In this document: piece by piece, positions 36,417 to 44,966 of the stretch | Numbering within the stretch: position 1 is the first letter of the stretch | Layout: every line of letters starts with the position of its first letter | Assembly (NCBI GenBank): GCA_964461295.1 | Contig: CAYWTX010000419.1 | Location: 1 to 50,169 of the forward strand | Length of the DNA stretch: 50,169 nucleotides | Reading direction: 5' to 3' | From: an uncultured Planctomycetaceae bacterium | GTDB taxonomy: Bacteria > Planctomycetota > Phycisphaerae > SM23-33 | The notes under the pieces: generated by a model | The model's input: only the letters and a program-made list of their open reading frames with translations | Database searches by the model: none | What the model was told of the DNA's origin: nothing | Program-made: the position numbers and the translations under genes

Positions 36417-38913
36417 GAGTCGCCGACTGTGGAACGTCCCGTTGGGGCCGATTGCGGACTGCCGAGTGGGGCCTCCCGCTGCCGCTTGCGGTCTGGCGGC
36501 GTTGCTGGCCGCGTTCTCGCTGTCGTTCGCCCAGGACGCCAACGCGCCTCCGCCGGTTGCCGTTGAGCCCGGCGAGCCCAACGAACCCGCCCCCGCGCCC
36601 ATTCCCGTCACCGCCAAGCCCCAGCCCTGGTGGCACGACGCCTGGGCGTACCGCGCGGAACTGCACTTCTCCAACTGGGAAGGCGACCTTGGCGTCGGGC
36701 ACGTGCGCCTTTACGGCCGTGCGGCCGGGGACGCCCGCGACCTGCGGGTCGTGGACGCCAACGGCGCGCCGGTGAACTTCATCGTGGTTCGGCATCGCCC
36801 GGACTACGTGACATCCCTGCTGGTTCACGTCCCAATCGCCGGGCCGCAGGTGTGCTGGCTGTACTACGGCAACAAGGATGCGCCGAAGATCGACACGCGG
36901 CGTTGGAACCTCCGCGGCGGGGACTGGAAGGCCCGCGGCGGGGTGCTCACTCGCGTTTGGCGGAAGGCCAGACCTGGGCATCCCAAGACGCTGGACGAAC
37001 TGAAGCAGATGATCGCGGCGGCCGGGGAGCCCGAGGGCGTGACCGTGCTGAGCAACACGTTCCTGGGGCCCAACCCGTTCGGCGAGTCGGACCACTTCCT
37101 CACGCACATGGAGGGGTGGCTGAAGCTCGACAAGGCGGGCAAGTACACGCTGCGGCTGTTTGCCGACGACGGCGCGTGGCTGGTGGTGGACGGCAAGGAA
37201 GTGATCGCCTGGCCGGGGCCGCGGGCGGAATCGGAGTGGCGCAGCCATTTCAATCCGCCGAACAAGGAGATCGTGCTGGACCTCCAGCCGGGCGAACACC
37301 ACGTGGAGATCTACCACGAGGAAGGCGAAGGCATGCAAATGTGCTCGCTGGGGTGGAGCCCGCCCTGGCCGTGGTCGACGCGGGCGGGCAAGGCGCTCGC
37401 GTTTCAGGGCAAGGAGTACTTCGGCGTCCGCGAGATCGACGAGTGGTTCTGGGGGTGCCGGCGCGTGGTGCGCCCTGGCGTGCATGAGAAGCGCGGCCAG
37501 GCGCTGCTGTGCAACCCGGGCCTGGAGATGACCTTCACCTACTGGGTGCCCGACACGGAGCAGCAGCTCACGATGGCGACCATGCGGGTGGCGTCGCGCA
37601 GCACGGCGGGGAAGATCACACAGGTGCGGGCCGAGATGGACGACGGCACGGTGCACGTGTGGAAGGGCGACGAGCGGTGGATGCGGCACGTGTTCTTCTC
37701 CAACGGCGCCGGGCGGCGCAGCGCGACGTTCACCGTCACCGACGAGAAGGGCAACACGGACACCCAGACGGTCTCCACGCCGACGTGGCAGATCAACGTG
37801 GCCCACACGGCCCAGGTGCGGCTGCCCAAGAACGTGCCCCAGGCCGAGGCGTACCTGGACTACATGAAGGACTCGCCGCCGTACGACGTGGGCAAGCTGC
37901 TGATCGATGATTTGGTCGGCTACGCGCTGTTCTGGTACACGTTCGACCAGGACGCCAAGGCGGCCTCGGCGCTGGGCAGGCTGGTGAAGGAAAGGCCCGA
38001 CCACCCGGCCCTGGGCGATCTGGCGACCCGTTGCCTGGGCTCGACGGTCCGTGGCGGGTGGAACCCCGAGTTGGCGATGAAGCTGTTGGGGATCATCGGT
38101 GGGGGCAACGGCCTGGCCGCGAGGATCCGGCGCGACAAGGACAAGCTGGCCTCGCTGCGGGCCGGCGAGCGCGGCATCCAGGATGGGCGGATGGCGGCCT
38201 ACGACCTGGCGGGATCGATCGCGGAAAGCGAGGAGATGCTGCGCGAACTGCCGTTGCACAAGGCGCACGTGCTGTCGTGGGGCAAGGAGGACTACAAGGC
38301 AGCCGTCGAGATTCTCAACGAGCTGATCGAGAAGTACGGCAAGTCGGATGTCGCGGCCGAGAGGGCCGCGGCCCGCAAGGCGACGCTGGCGAAGGCGGAC
38401 GTTTGCCTGCTGAAGACGGACTATCCGGAAGCGGAGAAGATCCTGCGAGAGTTGGAGAAGAACGATCCGCGCCGGATGGCGCAGGCGGAGAGGTTGACGA
38501 AGATCGGCGGGTATCCGTACACGATCGACGACTTCCTGGGTCGCGACGAGCCGAAGCTGGCGATTCAAGCGGTGGACCAGTGGGAGGACATCGCGCCGCT
38601 GGCGAAGCTGAAGGGGCAGACGTTCTTCTATCGCGGCAAGGCGATGTACGTGGACCAGCCGAGCATGGGGGCCGTGAAGTGCCTGGACCTGGCCGAGCGC
38701 GTGAACAGCGGCGCGGTACACGCGCCCGAAGCGCTGTGGCTGAAGGCCAACTGCCTGATGGACATCGGCGAGTACGAACGGGCGATCGTCGAGTTTGCCC
38801 GCCTCCGCGACGAGATGGCCTCCACGGAACACCTCAGGAAGCTGCCGGAGAAGATCGAGCAGTGCAGGAAGAAGCTGGCGGAGAAAGCAGCGGCGAGCCG
38901 GCCGGCGAAGTAG
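36391..38913 (+). CDS. secreted DUF2341-like + PA14-like + TPR-repeat protein
   Basis: The signal-like segment is AACGLAALLAAFSLSFAQD. WWHDAWAYRAELHF is DUF2341-like. HMEGWLKLDKAGKYTLRLFADDGAWLVVDGKEVI is PA14-like. The C-terminus has TPR-like helices. The start is uncertain: ATG 36391 overlaps the upstream gene by 26 nt, and TTG 36442 or GTG 36466 are alternatives. Confidence 0.8.
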   Translation: MRNSARTSESRRLWNVPLGPIADCRVGPPAAACGLAALLAAFSLSFAQDANAPPPVAVEPGEPNEPAPAPIPVTAKPQPWWHDAWAYRAELHFSNWEGDLGVGHVRLYGRAAGDARDLRVVDANGAPVNFIVVRHRPDYVTSLLVHVPIAGPQVCWLYYGNKDAPKIDTRRWNLRGGDWKARGGVLTRVWRKARPGHPKTLDELKQMIAAAGEPEGVTVLSNTFLGPNPFGESDHFLTHMEGWLKLDKAGKYTLRLFADDGAWLVVDGKEVIAWPGPRAESEWRSHFNPPNKEIVLDLQPGEHHVEIYHEEGEGMQMCSLGWSPPWPWSTRAGKALAFQGKEYFGVREIDEWFWGCRRVVRPGVHEKRGQALLCNPGLEMTFTYWVPDTEQQLTMATMRVASRSTAGKITQVRAEMDDGTVHVWKGDERWMRHVFFSNGAGRRSATFTVTDEKGNTDTQTVSTPTWQINVAHTAQVRLPKNVPQAEAYLDYMKDSPPYDVGKLLIDDLVGYALFWYTFDQDAKAASALGRLVKERPDHPALGDLATRCLGSTVRGGWNPELAMKLLGIIGGGNGLAARIRRDKDKLASLRAGERGIQDGRMAAYDLAGSIAESEEMLRELPLHKAHVLSWGKEDYKAAVEILNELIEKYGKSDVAAERAAARKATLAKADVCLLKTDYPEAEKILRELEKNDPRRMAQAERLTKIGGYPYTIDDFLGRDEPKLAIQAVDQWEDIAPLAKLKGQTFFYRGKAMYVDQPSMGAVKCLDLAERVNSGAVHAPEALWLKANCLMDIGEYERAIVEFARLRDEMASTEHLRKLPEKIEQCRKKLAEKAAASRPAK

Positions 38914-38920
38914 GCATTCG

Positions 38921-39050
38921 GCGCGCACGGAACAAGAGAGACCACGAATGACACGAATGAAGACGCGAATTGCACGAACACGAAACACGGACGTCTTCCT
39001 TCGTGACACTCGTTTCTTCAGTCGTGTCATTCGTAGTCTCTTCGTCGCGC
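38921..39050. repeat. tandem-repeat-armed hairpin G (CACGAAT-like units), about 130-nt imperfect palindrome centred near 38992
   Basis: The left arm contains GAGACCACGAATGACACGAATGAAGACG. The right arm contains CGTTTCTTCAGTCGTGTCATTCGTAGTCTC. The palindrome centre is GGACGTCTTCC. Confidence 0.7.
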
Positions 39051-40900
39051 TGTGCATGGTTGCCTCGGCGGCTTTAGCCGCCGACGAGGGGAACGGCCCG
39101 CGGCCGAGCGGGCGGGGAAAGGTTCCCAAGCTGGAGGAACTGCTCGCGGCGAGCGTCGCGCCGGCGCCCACGCCGGCGGCGCCGGACAAGGCGATGAACC
39201 TGGTGTACAACGGCACGTTCGAGCAGGTGGACGCCAACAGCGGCGTGCCGGTCGGCTGGCGCGGCGTGCCGGTTTTTCCCGGCGGCAAGAACGTGCTGGT
39301 GGTGGACGGCGGGCCGAAGCGAGGCAAGGTGCTGCTGCTCCACGGCGACGCCGGCCGCATGGGCGCCCCGGGCGTGATGTGCATGCAGACGGCCGAGATT
39401 CCCGTCAAGGCCAACACGCGCTACCGTTGCACGGGGTGGACGAAGTCGGCCGGGCCGACCTTCATCATCTTCGTGAAGGGTTTCGGGCTGGTAAAGCACA
39501 ACGTCGGCGACCGCACGAGTGTGTACGAGGAAGTGTACATGATGAAGAAGGAGATCAGCGGGCCGGTGACCGGTCGGGGCGTTCGCGACTGGGAGCCGTT
39601 CAACCTGGACTTCGAGGTGCGCCCGCTACGGGTGTTCTCTGACTTCAACACCAAGGTCGAGTTCGTCCGCGTGAAGATCTTCGCGTACTGGCCGCCGGGG
39701 ACGTGCTGGGCCGACGACATCCGGTTCTTCGAGGTCGGGCCGGTGCCGGCCGACCAGCGCGTCTCGGAAGAGGCGATGACGCACGCGGGGATCAAGCCGC
39801 GGCTGTCGGCGCCTGACCCCAACGAGGGGAAGTTCGACGAGGAGCAGGCGTACGTCGACGCGGGCAACGCGTGGAAGACCGGCGAGTACGTGAAGTGCCA
39901 CTTCCTGTCGAGCAGGCTTATCGCGGCCGCGCCGGGCACGGGGCTGTACCGCCTGCTGCTGGCGCGTTCGGCGACGATGCTGGGCAAGTGGGACGACGCG
40001 GAGGCGCAGGCCCAGTGGGTGCTGGAGGCGCAGGACAAGGGCGCGGCGGGGCGCGAGGTCGAGGGGTGGATGTTCGACTGGGCCGCCCTGGTGCACGCGG
40101 AGGTGGTGTTGCGGACGGGCGACCGCGCGCAGGGGTTGGCGCTGGTGGAGGCGCTCGTCGCGAAGACGGATTCGCCGCACGTGAAGGCAGCGGCGCGGAA
40201 GGTGCTGGCGCAGGCGCGGGAGGGAGACAAGCGCCCCGAAGCAGGCTCGGGCGGAGGGTCTTCGGCGAATTCGGCGCCGAGTGCGTCGATGCCCGCGACG
40301 CGACCTGTTCCGCAACCCGCGCCCGCGCCCGCGACGGGACCGGCGGAGAATTTCAACGACAAGGCATGGCATTCGCTGGGGCGAGGGGGCGTGTGGAAGA
40401 TCGTCGCCGATGGCGAGATTCACCAGCTCGACGGGGACAAGCCGTGGAAGAACAACGGCTTCAACCGCAAGATCGAACAGTCCGGGCCGATGGCGTGGGA
40501 GTACGAGATCCTCGTCGCCGACGGCTCGTGCGGGGCGGGGATGTACGTGATGGCCGACGACGAACAGGCCAACGACCGCGGGACAAGCTACCTGCTGTGG
40601 TACAAGCACGCCAAGGCCGAGGCCGGCAAACCGGCCTCGGGGCAGATGGTGGTCGGCAAGTTCGTGAAGAACAAGCGCGTGAAGGAGTTCCGCGTGACGT
40701 TCGACGTGCCGGTCAAGTTCGACGAGTGGGCGAGGCTGCGGTACGAGTTCGATCCGGCCAGCGGCAGGTTCACGCTGTACTGCCAGGGGCAGAAGGTTGG
40801 CGATGCCGTCGACGCCGAGCCGATTAAGGCCGGCAGCCACGTCTCGCTGCACACCTGCCAGACGGCCTGCAAGTGGCGCAACCTGCGGGTGCTGAAGTGA
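38948..40900 (+). CDS. secreted protein with N-terminal CBM-like beta-sandwich, central TPR-like region and C-terminal DUF1080/LamG-like domain
   Basis: The hydrophobic signal core is SLFVALCMVASAALAA. NLVYNGTFEQVD...GWRG is CBM4/9-like. The C-terminal WKIVADGEIHQLD...FRVTFDVPVKFDEW...WRNLRVLK resembles 3-keto-disaccharide-hydrolase (DUF1080) folds. The start codons at 38948 and 38957 lie inside hairpin G, so the start is uncertain. Confidence 0.7.
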   Translation: MTRMKTRIARTRNTDVFLRDTRFFSRVIRSLFVALCMVASAALAADEGNGPRPSGRGKVPKLEELLAASVAPAPTPAAPDKAMNLVYNGTFEQVDANSGVPVGWRGVPVFPGGKNVLVVDGGPKRGKVLLLHGDAGRMGAPGVMCMQTAEIPVKANTRYRCTGWTKSAGPTFIIFVKGFGLVKHNVGDRTSVYEEVYMMKKEISGPVTGRGVRDWEPFNLDFEVRPLRVFSDFNTKVEFVRVKIFAYWPPGTCWADDIRFFEVGPVPADQRVSEEAMTHAGIKPRLSAPDPNEGKFDEEQAYVDAGNAWKTGEYVKCHFLSSRLIAAAPGTGLYRLLLARSATMLGKWDDAEAQAQWVLEAQDKGAAGREVEGWMFDWAALVHAEVVLRTGDRAQGLALVEALVAKTDSPHVKAAARKVLAQAREGDKRPEAGSGGGSSANSAPSASMPATRPVPQPAPAPATGPAENFNDKAWHSLGRGGVWKIVADGEIHQLDGDKPWKNNGFNRKIEQSGPMAWEYEILVADGSCGAGMYVMADDEQANDRGTSYLLWYKHAKAEAGKPASGQMVVGKFVKNKRVKEFRVTFDVPVKFDEWARLRYEFDPASGRFTLYCQGQKVGDAVDAEPIKAGSHVSLHTCQTACKWRNLRVLK

Positions 40901-41029
40901 GCTACCAGCTACCAGCTTCCAGCTACCAGCAAGAGGGAGGCCCCAAGGGCGGTACTACGAACGCGCCCGCCTTCTGTCTTGCTGTAGCTGGTAGCTGGTA
41001 GCTGGCAGCAGGCAGCAGGTAGCTGGCAG
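40901..41029. repeat. tandem-repeat-armed hairpin F (CCAGCTW heptamers) with a partial copy of the hairpin-E inner element in its loop
   Basis: GCTACCAGCTACCAGCTTCCAGCTACCAGC ... GCTGTAGCTGGTAGCTGGTAGCTGGCAGCAGGCAGCAGGTAGCTGGCAG. The loop segment GGCCCCAAGGGCGGTACTACGAAC matches 28316-28340 at about 22/25. Confidence 0.75.
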
Positions 41030-41087
41030 TTGATTTGCTCTTGCTTCCGCGGCGGGCATTGTGTTTTCTGTCCGTTGAGGAGCAGCC

Positions 41088-41873
41088 ATGGCCACACCGA
41101 AAGCGTTAGTGTTGCGGGCCGCGGGCACCAATTGCGACCGCGAGACGGAGTTCGCTCTCCAGCAGGCCGGCTTCGAAGTCCAGCGCGTCCACGTCTTCCG
41201 TTTCATGGAAGAGCCGGCCCGCCTGCGCGACTACCAGTTCCTCGTCGTGCCCGGCGGGTTCAGCTACGGCGACGACGTGGCGGCCGGTAAGATCCTCGCC
41301 AACCAGATGCTGTACCGGTTGTCGGAGCCGTTGAACGAGTTCGTGGCGGCGGGCAAGCTGGTGCTGGGGGTGTGCAACGGCTTCCAGGTGCTGATCAAGA
41401 GCGGCCTGCTGCCGTGGGGTCGCGTGGACGCCGCGGAGGCCAACCGCGACGCGACGCTGGCGTGGAACGACAGGGGGCGGTTCGAGGACATGTGGATCCA
41501 CCTGCGGGCCGACAGCGACAAATGCGTGTTTCTGCCCAAGGGCGAGGTGATCGACCTGCCGATCGCCCACGGTGAGGGCAAGTTCGTGCCGCGCGACGCC
41601 GCCATGCTTGACCGGCTACGCTCGGGCGACCAGGTCGCTCTCCGCTACGTGGACGCAGCCGGCAACACCGGCCAGCCCTACCCCATCAACCCCAACGGCA
41701 GCGTGGACGACGTGGCCGCCCTGTGCGACCCCACTGGCCGCGTGATGGGCCTCATGCCGCACCCCGAGCGGTTCGTGGACATCACGCACCATCCGCAGTG
41801 GACCCGCGGGCGGATCGAGCGAGCGGATGGCCGGTTGTTCTTCCAGCGGGCGATGGAGTACCTGGCGAAGTGA
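41088..41873 (+). CDS. purQ: phosphoribosylformylglycinamidine synthase I (glutaminase subunit)
   Basis: ATG follows GAGGAG. Motifs are AGTNCDRE, VVPGGFSYGDD, GVCNGFQ (catalytic Cys) and MPHPER. Confidence 0.9.
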   Translation: MATPKALVLRAAGTNCDRETEFALQQAGFEVQRVHVFRFMEEPARLRDYQFLVVPGGFSYGDDVAAGKILANQMLYRLSEPLNEFVAAGKLVLGVCNGFQVLIKSGLLPWGRVDAAEANRDATLAWNDRGRFEDMWIHLRADSDKCVFLPKGEVIDLPIAHGEGKFVPRDAAMLDRLRSGDQVALRYVDAAGNTGQPYPINPNGSVDDVAALCDPTGRVMGLMPHPERFVDITHHPQWTRGRIERADGRLFFQRAMEYLAK

Positions 41874-41933
41874 GTTTCTGTGTGCCGTTACCCCGCGCGG
41901 GATTCTATTCTACAGCGGAATCGAGGGCGAGGA

Positions 41934-42260
41934 ATGGAGTACGAGTTCGGCTGGACTGAATGGAACCTGGAGCACGCAGCCGGACATGGCGTGGCCCCCG
42001 AGGACGCTGAGTTTGTTGTGGACAATGCCCGGAGCCTCCAGCCCAAGCGCGGCGGCGAAGCGAAGTGGTTTGTACAAGGGCAGGACCTCGGCGGCCGCTG
42101 TCTGCAAGTGATCTGCGTGGTCAGAGACGACGAGGTACTTGCGATTCGCAGTCGCCTTCTGGGCGAGGCCGACATTGCCGCCGCTACTTCTTCAGCTGCT
42201 GCCAGTCGGCCACGTCGCAGCGGGCGGCCCAATCGTCGTACTGCCCGGAAAGTCGCTTGA
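41934..42260 (+). CDS. BrnT-like (DUF497) toxin homologue, orphan; 3' part probably read-through
   Basis: MEYEFGWTEWNLEHAAGHGVAPEDAEFVV...LQVICVVRDDEVLAIRSR resembles BrnT. The ORF tail overlaps the convergent sulfatase 3' end by 77 nt. No BrnA-like ORF follows. Confidence 0.55.
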   Translation: MEYEFGWTEWNLEHAAGHGVAPEDAEFVVDNARSLQPKRGGEAKWFVQGQDLGGRCLQVICVVRDDEVLAIRSRLLGEADIAAATSSAAASRPRRSGRPNRRTARKVA

Positions 42261-43806
42261 CGCCGGCGGGGTCTTCCTCGGCCAGGTCGGACAGTTCGGT
42301 GCGGTCGGCGGCGAGGTCGTGGAGTTCCCAGCGGCCTGGGTATCGCGACACGAGTTTCATATCGCCGTCGCGGACGGCGCGGTTGCCTTCGTGTTCCCAG
42401 AAGATCGGGCGTCGGCGCCGCCACGTCTGCCCCTGCACCGCCGGGAGGAAGCTTTCGCCCTCGAGTGGAACGGGGCCGGTCGCCTTCGCACCAGCGAGAT
42501 CGACGATCGTGGGCGCCAGATCGACCACGTGAACGGGGGAGTGACACAGCGTGCCGGAAGCCCATGGCCCGCCGGCCGTGGGCTTGGAGGACGCGGGCGC
42601 GACAATCAGCGGCGTGGAGATGCCGCCCTCGTGCACCCAGCTCTTGTACAGGCGGAACGGCGTGTTCGACGCGTTGGCCCACGGCAGGTCGTAGCTCATG
42701 AACGTGTCGGCCGGGCCGGGCCGCAGGCCGGGGATGTTGCCGATCCGCATGGGCCGGCCGTCGCGGGTGGGGTAGTCGTATCGCATTGGTTCGGGGCGGG
42801 CGGAGTCCTCGGCGAGGAACTCGGCGCACCCGCCGTTGTCGGACAGGAACATCACCAGCGTGTTGTCGGCTGCGCCGGTGCGTTCCAGCGCGGCCAGCAC
42901 GCGGCCGATGCCTTGGTCCATGCGGTCGACCTGTGCCGCGTAGACGGCCATGCGCAGATCCTCCCAGTCGCGCCGCGCGGCGGGCAAGTCGGCCCAGGCG
43001 GGCGCCTTGGCGTCGCGCGGCGACGTCGGCCAGCGCGGGTCGAGGATTCCCTCGGCCGTGAGCTTTTCGCGCCGCCGGCCGCGAAGTTCGTCCCATCCGC
43101 AGCGGTAGGCGCGCTCGTAGCGGGCGATGTCTTCCTCGAGCGCGTGCAGCGGCCAGTGCGGGGCCGTGTAGGCGAGGTAGAGGAAGAACGGGTCGCGTTG
43201 GGGCGCGGCGTTCGCCTCCACGATCATGCTCACCGCGTGGTCGGTGATCGCATCGGTGAGATAGAAGGCCTCGCCCTCGGGCGTGACGATCGACTCGTTG
43301 CACGCCAGATAGGGCGTGTTGAAGTAGCTGCCGGCCCCGCCGAGCATACCCCAGAACCGCTCGAAGCCGCGCCGCGTGGGCAGCGGGTGGCGCTGGTCGC
43401 CGAGGCAGCGCCACGAGCGGCTGTCCCGGCCGACGTAACTGCCGCCCACGTGCCACTTGCCGCTCATCAGGGAGCGATACCCGGCTGGGCGGAGCATTTC
43501 GGCGATGGTGGGGCGGTCGGCGCGGAGGAAGCCCTGGTAGGCGGGTCCGACGCCGCGGTCGTTGACCATGTGGCCCACGCCGGCCTGGTGGGGATACAGG
43601 CCGGTGAGCAGGCTGGCCCGCGTGGGGCAGCAGCGGGCGCAGTTGTACGCCTGGGTGAACCGCAGGCCGCGGCGCGCCAGGCCGTCGAGGTTCGGCGTGC
43701 GAATCTCGCCGCCGTAGCAGCCGATGTCCGAGAAGCCCATGTCGTCGGCGAGGACCAGAACGATGTTGGGGCCTGGGGCCGCCGGCCGCCCGTCGCTCCT
43801 CGTCAT
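42184..43806 (-). CDS. sulfatase (formylglycine-dependent arylsulfatase family), no signal peptide
   Basis: Motifs are NIVLVLADDMGFSD and the FGly motif CCPTRASLLTG (C-x-P-x-R), with conserved downstream blocks (SGKWHVG, FLSDNGG). I chose the ATG at 43806-43804 because it overlaps the upstream stop as ATGA. Other in-frame ATGs are at 43815 and 43824. Confidence 0.9.
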   Translation of the reverse strand: MTRSDGRPAAPGPNIVLVLADDMGFSDIGCYGGEIRTPNLDGLARRGLRFTQAYNCARCCPTRASLLTGLYPHQAGVGHMVNDRGVGPAYQGFLRADRPTIAEMLRPAGYRSLMSGKWHVGGSYVGRDSRSWRCLGDQRHPLPTRRGFERFWGMLGGAGSYFNTPYLACNESIVTPEGEAFYLTDAITDHAVSMIVEANAAPQRDPFFLYLAYTAPHWPLHALEEDIARYERAYRCGWDELRGRRREKLTAEGILDPRWPTSPRDAKAPAWADLPAARRDWEDLRMAVYAAQVDRMDQGIGRVLAALERTGAADNTLVMFLSDNGGCAEFLAEDSARPEPMRYDYPTRDGRPMRIGNIPGLRPGPADTFMSYDLPWANASNTPFRLYKSWVHEGGISTPLIVAPASSKPTAGGPWASGTLCHSPVHVVDLAPTIVDLAGAKATGPVPLEGESFLPAVQGQTWRRRRPIFWEHEGNRAVRDGDMKLVSRYPGRWELHDLAADRTELSDLAEEDPAGVKRLSGQYDDWAARCDVADWQQLKK

Positions 43807-44966
43807 TCCACGCATCCTGCGCATCCTGCCATTGCCTTCTCATAGATTCGATATTTCTTGTACAACTCCGGCTCCAGGCTGCCGGTGATCGAGCGGTTGG
43901 ACATCCTGTTGTCTTCCAGCACCCAGGACGCCTCGCCTCGCCGGATGCCGCGGGCCAGACCGTTGATCACCGTTTCGGTGAACAGCAGCGCCGTGATGCC
44001 CAGGCTGCGGTACCGTTCCAGGGCCGCGATGCCGAAGATGCGCATTTCGTCAACGCGCCTCATCGCGAGCAGGAACCGCAGCCAGCCCAGCGGCAGCAGG
44101 CGGCCGCCCGCGACGGCCAGCCCGCGGTTGACGTTCACGATCGACATCGCCGCCCCGGCCGGGGCGCCGTCCACCTCGGCCAGCAGGATCAGTTTCGGAT
44201 CGACCACGCGCCGCAGGTTGCGGGCCGACTCGATGGCTTCCTCGGGCGTCAGGGGCACGTAGCCCCAGTTGTCCCGCCGCGCCTCCTCGAACACCGACAG
44301 CAGCTTCAGCACGTCGGCCTCGAAGTTCGACATGTCCAGGCAGCGGATTGTCAACTCCGGGTGTCGCCGCTTCGCCGCGGCCGAGATGCGCACCAGGCGC
44401 TCGTGCGCCTCGGTGCCGACTTCCAGGCGTTCGGCCCGCAGCAGGTAGGCGAAGAGATCCTTCGCCTTGGCAAACCCGATCGATTCGAGCATGGGCGGGT
44501 ACTCGGGCGGGTTGTAGGGCATGAGAGCCATCGGCGGCGAGTCGAACCCCTCGATCAACAGCCCGCACTCGGAGTTCATCGACGGGTTCACCGGCCCGCG
44601 AATCTTCGTCAGCCCGCGAGCGGCGAGCCAGTGTTCAGCCGCCGCGATCGCGCCTGCGCCCGCGTCCGCGTCGTCGCGCCGGCACTCGAAGAACCCGAAG
44701 AACCCCACGCCGTCGCGGTAGCGCTCGGCGTGCGCACGATTGTGGATGGCTGCCACGCGCGCAACGGCTCGTCCATCGCGCCGTGCAACGAAGAGCGCCG
44801 TCTCGGCGTGCCGAGAGAACGCGGTGCGGCCGCTGAAGATCCCTTGCTGCTCGCCTCGCAGGGGCGGCACCCAATTGGCGTCGCCGCGGTGGAGCCGGTA
44901 CGGAAGCTCCAGGAACTCCCGCCGCGACCGTCGATCGTCGGCCTGCCTCACCGCCAGCGCGCTCAT
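43803..44966 (-). CDS. large (about 387 aa) GNAT-like N-acyltransferase family protein
   Basis: The frame is coding-like throughout (REFLELPYRLHRGDANWVPPL...GPVNPSMNSECGLLIEGF...). The ATG at 44966-44964 overlaps the AOS stop as ATGA. The family assignment is from overall resemblance, not a verified domain hit. Confidence 0.7.
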   Translation of the reverse strand: MSALAVRQADDRRSRREFLELPYRLHRGDANWVPPLRGEQQGIFSGRTAFSRHAETALFVARRDGRAVARVAAIHNRAHAERYRDGVGFFGFFECRRDDADAGAGAIAAAEHWLAARGLTKIRGPVNPSMNSECGLLIEGFDSPPMALMPYNPPEYPPMLESIGFAKAKDLFAYLLRAERLEVGTEAHERLVRISAAAKRRHPELTIRCLDMSNFEADVLKLLSVFEEARRDNWGYVPLTPEEAIESARNLRRVVDPKLILLAEVDGAPAGAAMSIVNVNRGLAVAGGRLLPLGWLRFLLAMRRVDEMRIFGIAALERYRSLGITALLFTETVINGLARGIRRGEASWVLEDNRMSNRSITGSLEPELYKKYRIYEKAMAGCAGCVE

